This document shows, piece after piece, positions 1 to 7,577 of a stretch of 32,000 bases of DNA; within the stretch, counting starts at the first letter, position 1; each line of letters opens with the position of its first letter. The DNA is from Verrucomicrobiota bacterium (GTDB lineage Bacteria; Verrucomicrobiota; Verrucomicrobiia; Opitutales; LL51): assembly GCA_021294815.2 (NCBI GenBank), contig CP095464.1, positions 690,001 to 722,000 on the forward strand, read 5' to 3'. Made by a program: the position numbers and the translations under genes. Under the pieces are notes generated by a model. The model saw only the letters and a list, made by a program, of their open reading frames with translations, was not told the origin of the DNA and did not search any database.

Positions 1-555
1 CGCACCCTCTTTTTTAATCATCGGTTCCGGGAGCGTAAAGGTCGGCGAAAATGTGTTGTTGAACTTTTCCGCTAAGTCGCGCGCAAGCTCAACGTGCTGC
101 TTCTGGTCCTCTCCTGTGGGAACGTAATCCGCGTTGTAGAGCAAAATGTCGGCAGCCATTAAAACCGGATAATAGAGGAGCCCCGCGTAGATGTTTTCGT
201 GACGAGCGGATTTGTCTTTAAATTGATGCATTCGCTGTAATTGGCCGAGTGGTGTGAGACACCCTAGAATCCAGGCAAGCTCAGTATGGCCTACAATCTG
301 CGACTGGATAAAAATTGTACAGCGCTCGGGATCAAGACCACAGGCGACATATTGCGCGACACAGTTGAGGGTCGCATCGCGGAGCTGTGCCGGAACCTGA
401 GGGACAGTAATTGCGTGCTGATTGGGGATAAAAAAATAACACGTGTACGCATCGAGCATTTTTTGCCAATTATGCGCGGCTCCGAGAAAATTACCGAGGT
501 GAAGCTTCCCCGTCGGTTGCATGCCCGTCAATACAACTTTTTGCGCCGCGTCCAT
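1..555 (-). CDS. trpS: tryptophan--tRNA ligase, N-terminal ~185 codons (3' part lies beyond base 1)
   Basis: Not in the ORF track because there is no stop in the window. Hand translation of the minus strand from ATG at 555-553 gives MDAAQKVVLTGMQPTGKLHLGNFLGAAHNWQKML...LLYYPVLMAADILLYNADYVPTGEDQKQHVELARDLAEKFNNTF. This contains the class-I HIGH-type signature (KLHLGN) and the TrpRS-typical PVLMAADIL...VPxGxDQxQH block. The frame stays open to base 1. Confidence 0.9.
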   Translation of the reverse strand, partial: MDAAQKVVLTGMQPTGKLHLGNFLGAAHNWQKMLDAYTCYFFIPNQHAITVPQVPAQLRDATLNCVAQYVACGLDPERCTIFIQSQIVGHTELAWILGCLTPLGQLQRMHQFKDKSARHENIYAGLLYYPVLMAADILLYNADYVPTGEDQKQHVELARDLAEKFNNTFSPTFTLPEPMIKKEGA

Positions 556-736
556 GGCCGTCAATCCTGGTGCATCGGAAAAACTTGGCAACTAATTTTA
601 CAATAAAATCTCAATAGTCGTCATTTTGTGATTGCAATTGAAATGAGAAGGTGAGAGGATGCCAGAAATAGGTGAGAAGATCGGTGGTAATAACGAATCT
701 GTTTGCGAAATTATAAATTAAATTAAGAACATACTC

Positions 737-2080
737 ATGCGTTGGGCTACAGCGAAATTCGATAAAACTCGGAATTACGGCGTTCACAAGATGTACGTCG
801 ACCGTGCTTATCGTTACTGGCGCGGCCGTATTCTTTATGCGCTGATTCTTGGGTACGCATCATTCTATATCGTGCGCCAAAATCTGAATATTGCGGCGCC
901 GGAGATGCTCCAAGAGTTTGGGAGGACCAAATCCGAGCTCGGTGTGTTATTTTCCTGTAACATGCTAGTTTACGGTTTGGGAAAATTTGTTAGCGGGGCG
1001 CTTTGTGATCGTTCGAATGCGCGTTACTTCATGACGTTCGGGTTATTAGGGGCGGCGTTGTGCACGTTGTGTATCGGCCTTTCCCATTCACTCCTTGCAC
1101 TCGAAATACTCTACGTGGCGAGCGCGATGTTTCAATCGATGGGTTGGCCTCCGGTTTCCAGGCTTATGCGCTATTGGTATTCTCCAAAGGAATTGGGTAC
1201 ACGGTGGGGGCTTGTGAATGCGTCTCATCAGTTGGGCGGTATGACGATTCTCATTGGCGGTGGTTGGTTACTGGAAACTCTTGGTTGGCGTTCGGTCTTT
1301 ATTATTCCAGCATTAGTGGCATTAGTCCTGGCTGGGATTTTATTTGAGCGCTTAAGGGATACACCGGAGTCGTTGGGATTGCCGTCGATCGAAGTCAAAG
1401 AAGGGCTTATTCGCGAAAGTTGGTACACAGCCGGCGAACGCGTGACGTTCCGGGAAATTTTTCTAGAGCATATTTTGCCGAACAAGATGCTGTGGTGTGC
1501 CTGTGCGGCAAATTTCTGTGTTTATATCGTACGCATGGGATTTTTGGTGTGGGCGCCGACCTTTTTACGGGAAGCGAAGGGCGCAACGGTAATCATTTCG
1601 GGTATTCAATCCGCGGGATTTGAGTTAGCGGGGGCTTTTGGTGGTATGGTTGCCGGTTGGATTTCCGACAGGGTGTTTGAAGGACGACGCAATGCAGCGG
1701 CGTTTTACTTCATGGTTGGACTTATCGTGTTACTCTTCCTGTTTCGAACGATTCCTGGGAATTCTTATGCCCTGAACTCGGCATTTCTCTTTCTGATTGG
1801 ATTTTTTGTTTGTGGTCCACAGGTATTGGTGGGAATCTCCGGTGCGGAATCAGTTTCGAAACGCGCAGCGGCTGCGGCAAACGGATTAACAGGGACATTT
1901 GGATATCTGGGTGGCGCATTTGCTTCTTACGAAATTGGGCGAATTGCAGAAAATCAGGGCTGGGATGCAGTGTTTTTATTTTTCGCTATCTCTGCAGTCA
2001 TTGGATCTTTCTTCTTTATTTTGAATTGGCGGCAAACTTCGCAAACGGCGGCCCGCGAACGCCAAAGCGCGGCTTCGTAA
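737..2080 (+). CDS. MFS organophosphate:phosphate antiporter (GlpT/UhpC/UhpT family)
   Basis: 447-aa polytopic protein. The N-terminal block YRYWRGRILYALILGYASFYIVRQNLNIAAPEM resembles the GlpT/UhpC signature (YRRLRWQIF.GIF.GYA.YYLVRKNF). It has an MFS-like two-halves hydrophobic layout. The substrate (glycerol-3-P versus hexose-6-P) cannot be decided by eye. Confidence 0.75.
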   Translation: MRWATAKFDKTRNYGVHKMYVDRAYRYWRGRILYALILGYASFYIVRQNLNIAAPEMLQEFGRTKSELGVLFSCNMLVYGLGKFVSGALCDRSNARYFMTFGLLGAALCTLCIGLSHSLLALEILYVASAMFQSMGWPPVSRLMRYWYSPKELGTRWGLVNASHQLGGMTILIGGGWLLETLGWRSVFIIPALVALVLAGILFERLRDTPESLGLPSIEVKEGLIRESWYTAGERVTFREIFLEHILPNKMLWCACAANFCVYIVRMGFLVWAPTFLREAKGATVIISGIQSAGFELAGAFGGMVAGWISDRVFEGRRNAAAFYFMVGLIVLLFLFRTIPGNSYALNSAFLFLIGFFVCGPQVLVGISGAESVSKRAAAAANGLTGTFGYLGGAFASYEIGRIAENQGWDAVFLFFAISAVIGSFFFILNWRQTSQTAARERQSAAS

Positions 2081-2123
2081 AATGCGCTTGCATTTCACTT
2101 AAAAGACGGTTGGATAGCACGCC

Positions 2124-2321
2124 ATGGAGTCCTCAGAGGAGAAAAAAACATCAACCCCTTCGCCGCTCAGTCTCGATTGGAACAACGTCGAGGCGTTGTC
2201 GCAGTACGTTACCGGCACAGGGCGGATTTTGCCGCGCAAGTATACCGGGTTGAGTGCCCGCCAACAGCGCCACATTGCCCGTATGATCAAGCGTGCGCGC
2301 TGTATGTTGCTCATGAAGTAA
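2124..2321 (+). CDS. rpsR: 30S ribosomal protein S18
   Basis: 65 aa. The core VEALSQYVTGTGRILPRKYTGLSARQQRHIARMIKRARCMLLM aligns with the bacterial S18 core (..YITE.GKI.P.RITG..AK.QR.LA.AIKRAR.L.LLP). An in-frame TAG at 2115-2117 excludes a longer N-terminus. Confidence 0.9.
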   Translation: MESSEEKKTSTPSPLSLDWNNVEALSQYVTGTGRILPRKYTGLSARQQRHIARMIKRARCMLLMK

Positions 2322-2324
2322 CCG

Positions 2325-3362
2325 ATGGCGGAAATTTTGTCGCCTAGCGAAGCCTCATTCGCAAAGGTTTCAGAGGCGTTGACGCTTGGAGACGTTGTAG
2401 CATTACCAACCGAGACAGTTTACGGTCTGGCTGCAATTATTAGTGATGATGCAGCCCTAAGGAAGATCTTTGAAGTCAAGGGGCGGCCATCGTTTGATCC
2501 GCTGATTATTCATGTCTTAGGTTTATCGTCCCTCTTGGAGCTTGTCGACGTTCCTCCAAGTGTTTTTTCGAAGTTACAGGCCTTAGTCGACGCCTTCTGC
2601 CCGGGGCCCTTGACGTTTGTATTGCGAAAAAAAAAGAGCATTTCGGATATCATTACTGCAGGTAAGAAAACTGTTGCGATCCGTATCCCGGCGCATCCCG
2701 TGTTTCGCGAAGTTCTCCGTAGGGCGGGACCGTTAGCAGCTCCCAGCGCGAATCCATTCGGTTATGTTAGTCCGACGAGAGCGGAACATGTTCGACAATC
2801 CTTGGGAGATAAGATAAAATACATTCTCGATGGCGGTCCCTGTTCGGTGGGTGTAGAGTCGACGATTCTCGATTTGTCGTCCCAAAAATTAGCAATTCTT
2901 CGTCCGGGAGCGGTAACCGCTGAAATGATTACCGATGTTTTAGGAGAACCGGTTACCCCTTGCAAAACAATCGCGACGACCGATCCCTCGGCACCGGGAA
3001 TGTTGATACGACATTATAGTCCCAAGACACGCCTCCGGTTATTTCAAAATCCAGGAGAACTAAGGGCTCTTTTAGAGCAGAATTCGGGGTCGCGTGTAGC
3101 GATCGTTTGTTGCACTCGTTCAGAAATGGAACATTTTTCTCGGGCGATTGTCCTAAAAAACAGTGCCCAACCGAAGCAGCAATGCTTTTGTTTGAGCGAG
3201 ACAGGGGGGCTTGCCGAGATCGCGAGCCATGTTTTTGATTGCCTACAGAAACTCGATGCGATGGGCTTTGATTCTATTTTTATGCAGACGCCTCTCAAGG
3301 AAGGTTTGGGCATTGCCATCAACGATCGTCTCGCGCGGGCAGCGGCGAAGTTTCGCGCTTAA
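2325..3362 (+). CDS. tsaC: L-threonylcarbamoyladenylate synthase, long Sua5/YwlC type (YrdC domain plus Sua5 C-terminal domain)
   Basis: 345 aa. YrdC-fold motifs are present: PTETVYGLAA, KGRPSFDPLIIHV, IRIPAHP, SANPFG. The extra ~130-aa C-terminal domain is typical of Sua5. Confidence 0.85.
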   Translation: MAEILSPSEASFAKVSEALTLGDVVALPTETVYGLAAIISDDAALRKIFEVKGRPSFDPLIIHVLGLSSLLELVDVPPSVFSKLQALVDAFCPGPLTFVLRKKKSISDIITAGKKTVAIRIPAHPVFREVLRRAGPLAAPSANPFGYVSPTRAEHVRQSLGDKIKYILDGGPCSVGVESTILDLSSQKLAILRPGAVTAEMITDVLGEPVTPCKTIATTDPSAPGMLIRHYSPKTRLRLFQNPGELRALLEQNSGSRVAIVCCTRSEMEHFSRAIVLKNSAQPKQQCFCLSETGGLAEIASHVFDCLQKLDAMGFDSIFMQTPLKEGLGIAINDRLARAAAKFRA

Positions 3363-3401
3363 AAGTTTGTCTTTGTCGTAAGGACGTCTACAAAATTTTC
3401 T

Positions 3402-4376
3402 ATGGAGCAGCGCTTTACGGAGGTTTCCGCAGCGGTCGAAAGTTTGTTAGCCGGTGAAGCTCAGGCGATACAACACCTCAGTCAAACAATTTTACCGCAA
3501 ATCCCGTGGGTGTTAGAGATTTTGCTGCCACACCGCGGACATGTGATCGTTTCTGGAATGGGGAAATCGGGCTATATCGCACAAAAGATTGCCGCGACGT
3601 TGACCAGTACCGGAACTCGAGCGGTCTACCTCCATCCCGCGGAGGCGATGCACGGCGACCTGGGAATTTACGTGGAGGGCGATCCAACGATTATTTTGTC
3701 CAAAAGCGGTGCGAGTGAAGAAATTTTGCGCCTGATCCCATTGCTGAAACGCTATCGTTCTCCGATGATTGCAATTACCGCCAAAAAGGAATCTGAATTA
3801 GCGCGGCACGCCGATGTCGTAATTGATATTGGAACTGCGATTGAAAACGATCCAACAGGGATGGTGCCGACAACGAGTGCCGTGGTTTCGTTAGCGGCGG
3901 GCGATGCGATTGCCTGTGCGTTGATGCGGGCGAAAGGGTTTTCTAAAAAAGATTTTGCAAAAATTCACCCGGCGGGCCAGATTGGACGCAATCTGCTATT
4001 AACAGTGCATGACGTGATGACGCCGCTTGAAGATGTCGCGGTTCTAGAATTAGAAGACACGCTTCGCGAAATCGTCATCGCCGTAACGGAAAAACCGCTC
4101 GGAGGTGCTCTTATCCTCAAAAATGATGGAAGCCTTTGGGGGCTTGTGACGGATGGCGATATTCGTCGTGCCCTGAAGCTCGACAAATCTATTGATAAAA
4201 TTCTCGCAAAAGATATAATGACGACCGAGCCAAGGGTGACCACAGAGGGTGCGTATCTCGGTGAGGCGCTTGATGTCATGGAGCAGGGCCGTTCGCAGGT
4301 CTACGTTTTACCGGTCATCGACGCACACCATCGAGCCGTCGGATTGCTCCGCCTCCACGACGCATACCGGGCATAA
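3402..4376 (+). CDS. kdsD: KpsF/GutQ-family arabinose-5-phosphate isomerase (SIS domain plus tandem CBS)
   Basis: 324 aa. It has the SIS motif VSGMGKSGYIAQKIAATL and a C-terminal CBS pair (..VMTPLEDVAVL.., ..IMTTEPRVTT..). Length and architecture match KdsD. Confidence 0.85.
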   Translation: MEQRFTEVSAAVESLLAGEAQAIQHLSQTILPQIPWVLEILLPHRGHVIVSGMGKSGYIAQKIAATLTSTGTRAVYLHPAEAMHGDLGIYVEGDPTIILSKSGASEEILRLIPLLKRYRSPMIAITAKKESELARHADVVIDIGTAIENDPTGMVPTTSAVVSLAAGDAIACALMRAKGFSKKDFAKIHPAGQIGRNLLLTVHDVMTPLEDVAVLELEDTLREIVIAVTEKPLGGALILKNDGSLWGLVTDGDIRRALKLDKSIDKILAKDIMTTEPRVTTEGAYLGEALDVMEQGRSQVYVLPVIDAHHRAVGLLRLHDAYRA

Positions 4377-4415
4377 ACGGTATGGGGTTGTAGCTTGGCC
4401 GATACGGGAAGGGAT

Positions 4416-4964
4416 ATGGAAAGTCCGATCAATTTGACGGGGAAATTGCTCGTCGCGACGCCGAAGCTTCGTGACCCGTGTTTTACACATACCGTAATTC
4501 TTTTAATTTCATGTAATGGGCTAGGTGCAACGGGAATTATTCTCAATCGCCCACTCAAACGTTCTGTTGATAATTATGACTTGGAGTACAAATTACCGAC
4601 GGTTTTGGATTCACCGGTCTATCAAGGTGGCCCGATTAATACCGATGAGTTATCAGTATCGGCGTGGATTTGGCATAAGAATGATCGTCTTTTCGAGTTA
4701 CGGTATAATTTAAAAGAAGAAGATATCGAGGTGTTGGATACAGAACGTAATGAAATTCAGATTCGGTCCTTTTGGGGCCATGCGAGCTGGGGGCCGTTTC
4801 AGCTCATTGCGGAAATTTTGAATGGGATGTGGTATCCGGTGAAAGTCGGGACGATTTTCGGGATGAAGGAGCGCGGTGAAGATCTTTGGCGGGCGGTTGT
4901 CGAAAAAACCAATCCGGCGATGCTTATGCTCAACGATTTCCCAGACGATCCGGGCTGGAACTAG
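4416..4964 (+). CDS. YqgE/AlgH family protein (UPF0301)
   Basis: The track ORF is 4395..4964 with a TTG first codon. I prefer the ATG at 4416 (MESPINLTGKLLVATPKLRDPCFTHTVILL...). The sequence matches the YqgE pattern (LIAMP.L.DP.F..SV..I..H...GA.G.I.N.P ... GGP ... G.A.W..GQL..E). The start is uncertain. Confidence 0.8.
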   Translation: MESPINLTGKLLVATPKLRDPCFTHTVILLISCNGLGATGIILNRPLKRSVDNYDLEYKLPTVLDSPVYQGGPINTDELSVSAWIWHKNDRLFELRYNLKEEDIEVLDTERNEIQIRSFWGHASWGPFQLIAEILNGMWYPVKVGTIFGMKERGEDLWRAVVEKTNPAMLMLNDFPDDPGWN

Positions 4965-5015
4965 CGAAAGGACTTGCAATAACAGAGCGATGTGCCACAG
5001 TGGCCAGCGACTGTT

Positions 5016-6734
5016 ATGGATAAAAAAAGTTCGCTGATCGGGGCGATTTGCCTCCTTGTTGCCTTCTTTCTTATGGCCTGGGATAGTGCTCCGATTCCGC
5101 GGAATTATCCGCCCGCACCGACTCTAGAACCCGTAGAACATCACCGAGCTCCGGAAGTTGCCTCGATTGACGATGTCGGTATTGAAGTGAAGCCGGAACC
5201 GGTCGAGGAAAAAGTCGTACCGAAACCGGCGTCTTTTGTTCACCTAGAGAACGACGAAATCTGCGTCTGCTTAAGTTCCCTGGGCGCAGGAATCCAAGAC
5301 GTTCAAATCAAGCAATACCCAAAAAAACGCAAAGGGACGGAACCCTTTGTTTTCAATGAAAGTGCGCCCTGGCCGGCATTATCGCTGGCGTTTGGACAAC
5401 ATGATCGCTGGCTACTCGGGAACTACACAGTTACACAGCGGACGCCGACGCATGTGGTATTTCAAAAACGCCTGAAAAGCGGTATTGTGGTTGAGCGCGA
5501 ATACCGACTGTCCCAGGGCGATAATGCTTACGTTATCGATACAGCGACACGCCTGAAGAACAATAGCCCCAAAAATCTGGGTTTAGGAGATGTTTTTATC
5601 CATCTCGGTTACTTTCCAACGACAGAGGGCGACATGATGGGGGAATATTTGAATTTTGGTTATTACGACGGCAAAAAGGCACATTTCCTAACGCGCAACG
5701 ATTTCCGTGCGAGTAGTGGATTTTTAGGTCTCGGTAAAGCATCGGCCAAAAACGTCATTACCGGTGATGATAAGGTCGTTTGGGGTTCCGTAAAAAACCA
5801 GTTCTTTACGGGGATTTATACTCCAAAAACGCCGGGGAACGGATTTGTCGCACTACCCAAGGAGCTTGAAAATACGACATCGAACGAAGAAAGTGTCATG
5901 GGAAGCCTTCGGTTCCCGGTAGGTGTTTTGCAATCGGGGCAGGTCAAATCTTTAGAAGGGGAGTTTTATATCGGTCCCAAAGATTACGTTTTGCTAGATC
6001 GATTGGGACAAGACCAAGATCTCGTCATGCAATTCGGAGTCTTTGGCTTTGTCAGTAAGATGCTCCTGCTTTTGATGAAGGGAATTTATACACTTATCGG
6101 GAATTGGGGTGTTACAGTGATTCTCCTTACGGTAATCGTCAAGTTGTTGTTGTGGCCACTCACGACAGCGCAGGTCCGTTCATCTCGAAAGATGACGCGA
6201 CTTCAAGAACCGCTCAAAAAATTGAAAGAAAAGTACCGCGACAATCCGCAGAAACTTCAGGCGGAAACGCTAAAACTTTTTAAGGATAATCGTGTCAATC
6301 CTGCTGCCGGTTGTCTTCCGGTTTTTATCCAAATCCCGATCTTTTTAGGGCTTTATTTTACGCTGCGGACGACCGCGGAGATGCGTTTCGCCTCATTCTT
6401 ATGGATTCCCGATCTCTCGTTACCGGATACCGTGGTGCGCATTGGGGCATTTCCCATTAACATATTACCGCTGATTATGACAGCTTCGATGATCTGGCAG
6501 ATGAAGGTCATGCCATCCGTTTCGGTCGATGGCGCTCAGAAGTGGGTTTTTAAACTAATGCCGGTCCTATTTCTCGTATTTTGCTATAACTTCCCCGCGG
6601 CACTGGTTTTGTATTGGACGGTGCAAAATTTGTTGACGATACTACAGCAAATGATTCTTAATAAGAAAAACGACGAGGCTCTGTTGCTCGACGATATGGG
6701 CGCGGTTGGGACGAAAAAAAGAAAAAATTTTTAG
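5016..6734 (+). CDS. yidC: membrane protein insertase YidC
   Basis: The track ORF is 4992..6734 with a GTG first codon. The ATG at 5016 gives the typical MDKKSSLIGAICLLVAFFLMAW N-terminal anchor. There is a large periplasmic domain followed by the conserved core (GCLPVFIQIPIFLGLY, PAALVLYWTVQNLLTILQQ). Confidence 0.9.
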   Translation: MDKKSSLIGAICLLVAFFLMAWDSAPIPRNYPPAPTLEPVEHHRAPEVASIDDVGIEVKPEPVEEKVVPKPASFVHLENDEICVCLSSLGAGIQDVQIKQYPKKRKGTEPFVFNESAPWPALSLAFGQHDRWLLGNYTVTQRTPTHVVFQKRLKSGIVVEREYRLSQGDNAYVIDTATRLKNNSPKNLGLGDVFIHLGYFPTTEGDMMGEYLNFGYYDGKKAHFLTRNDFRASSGFLGLGKASAKNVITGDDKVVWGSVKNQFFTGIYTPKTPGNGFVALPKELENTTSNEESVMGSLRFPVGVLQSGQVKSLEGEFYIGPKDYVLLDRLGQDQDLVMQFGVFGFVSKMLLLLMKGIYTLIGNWGVTVILLTVIVKLLLWPLTTAQVRSSRKMTRLQEPLKKLKEKYRDNPQKLQAETLKLFKDNRVNPAAGCLPVFIQIPIFLGLYFTLRTTAEMRFASFLWIPDLSLPDTVVRIGAFPINILPLIMTASMIWQMKVMPSVSVDGAQKWVFKLMPVLFLVFCYNFPAALVLYWTVQNLLTILQQMILNKKNDEALLLDDMGAVGTKKRKNF

Positions 6735-6743
6735 GAGAATTTT

Positions 6744-7502
6744 ATGTCAGGGCATAGTAAGTGGGCAACGACGAAGCGCCACAAGGCTGCCGTCGATTCG
6801 AAACGCGGTAAACTCTTTAGTATTCTCAGCAAGGAAATTGCGATCGCCGTTCGGGATGGCGGTAAGGATCCCGAATTTAATCCGCGGCTCCGAACGGTCA
6901 TTCAAAAAGCCAAGGCCGCAAACATGCCCGCGGAAAACGTTAAAAAAGCGATTCAAAAGGGGACCGGTGAAATTCCAGGAGTTGTTATCGAGGAGCTCAT
7001 TTACGAGGGTTATGGTCCCGCAGGCGTCGGGATGATCGTCGAAGTTACAACGGATAACAAAAACCGGACAGTTTCGGATGTCCGCAGTACCTTCAGTAAA
7101 TGTGGGGGTAATATGGCGGGAGCCGGAGCGTTGGCCTTTAGCTTCCAACGCAAGGGACAGTTTATTATCGGTCACGATAAAGTCGCCGAAGATAAGCTCA
7201 TGGAAATTGCTCTCGAAGCCGGTGCCGAGGACGTCAAAACGGAGGATGATTGCTATGAGGTGCTTTGTGCAGTTGCGGATTTTGATACCGTAGCACGTGC
7301 ATTAGAAGAGGCGGGTATTGAGGTCGAATCGTTAGAGTTGGCCTATATCCCCAATAACACAATCATGATCGAGGATCTCGATATTGCGAAAAAGGTTTTG
7401 CGGATGGTCGAGCGTCTCGAGGACCTCGATGATGTTAAAAACGTCTTTGCGAATTACGAGATTGCGGAGGCTTTGATGGATCAATTGGGTGAGGAAGCGT
7501 AG
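6744..7502 (+). CDS. YebC/PmpR family DNA-binding transcriptional regulator
   Basis: 252 aa. The N-terminus MSGHSKWATTKRHKAAVDSKRGKLF is the family hallmark. An AGGAG sits a few nt upstream of the ATG. Confidence 0.95.
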   Translation: MSGHSKWATTKRHKAAVDSKRGKLFSILSKEIAIAVRDGGKDPEFNPRLRTVIQKAKAANMPAENVKKAIQKGTGEIPGVVIEELIYEGYGPAGVGMIVEVTTDNKNRTVSDVRSTFSKCGGNMAGAGALAFSFQRKGQFIIGHDKVAEDKLMEIALEAGAEDVKTEDDCYEVLCAVADFDTVARALEEAGIEVESLELAYIPNNTIMIEDLDIAKKVLRMVERLEDLDDVKNVFANYEIAEALMDQLGEEA

Positions 7503-7528
7503 TTTTGGGGCGAAATTGTTAAAAGTTA

Positions 7529-7558
7529 TTGAAAATTTCTCACGTTCACATTTAATAG
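7529..7558 (+). promoter_or_regulatory. candidate sigma-70-type promoter for hppA (TTGAAA-N17-TTAATA or N18-TAATAG)
   Basis: TTGAAA lies at 7529-7534 and TTAATA/TAATAG at 7552-7558, inside the 75-bp gap before hppA. This is a pattern match by eye only. Confidence 0.25.
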
Positions 7559-7577
7559 CAGTGTTTAGAAGCGTTTT

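Noticed and set aside
286-606. 106-aa plus-strand ORF from the track
   Set aside because: It lies entirely antisense to a hand-translated minus-strand ORF that is unmistakably trpS. It has no recognisable motifs, so it is a shadow ORF.
659-721. 20-codon upstream ORF (MPEIGEKIGGNNESVCEIIN) with an AAGGTG 5 nt upstream, ending 16 nt before the transporter ATG
   Set aside because: It has no regulatory codon pattern, I cannot assess conservation, and it is too short to distinguish from chance.
2080-2095. Small hairpin AAATGC-GCTT-GCATTT right after the transporter stop, considered as a terminator
   Set aside because: The stem is only 6 bp with 2 G:C pairs, and there is no U-tract beyond the stem. 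rpsR follows 28 nt later. Support is too weak to call.
1810-2253. 147-aa plus-strand ORF bridging the transporter 3' end and rpsR
   Set aside because: It is out of frame with two confidently assigned genes and has an Arg/Cys-rich nonsense-like composition.
7506-7520. Sigma-54 (-24/-12) promoter search, for example TGGGGCGAAATTGTT upstream of hppA. I also scanned by eye the spacers at 25205-25312, 25384-25497 and 30265-30509.
   Set aside because: No site has the GG-N10-GC spacing with a TTGC -12 element. This was an eye scan only, so a weight-matrix scan of the whole genome is still needed.
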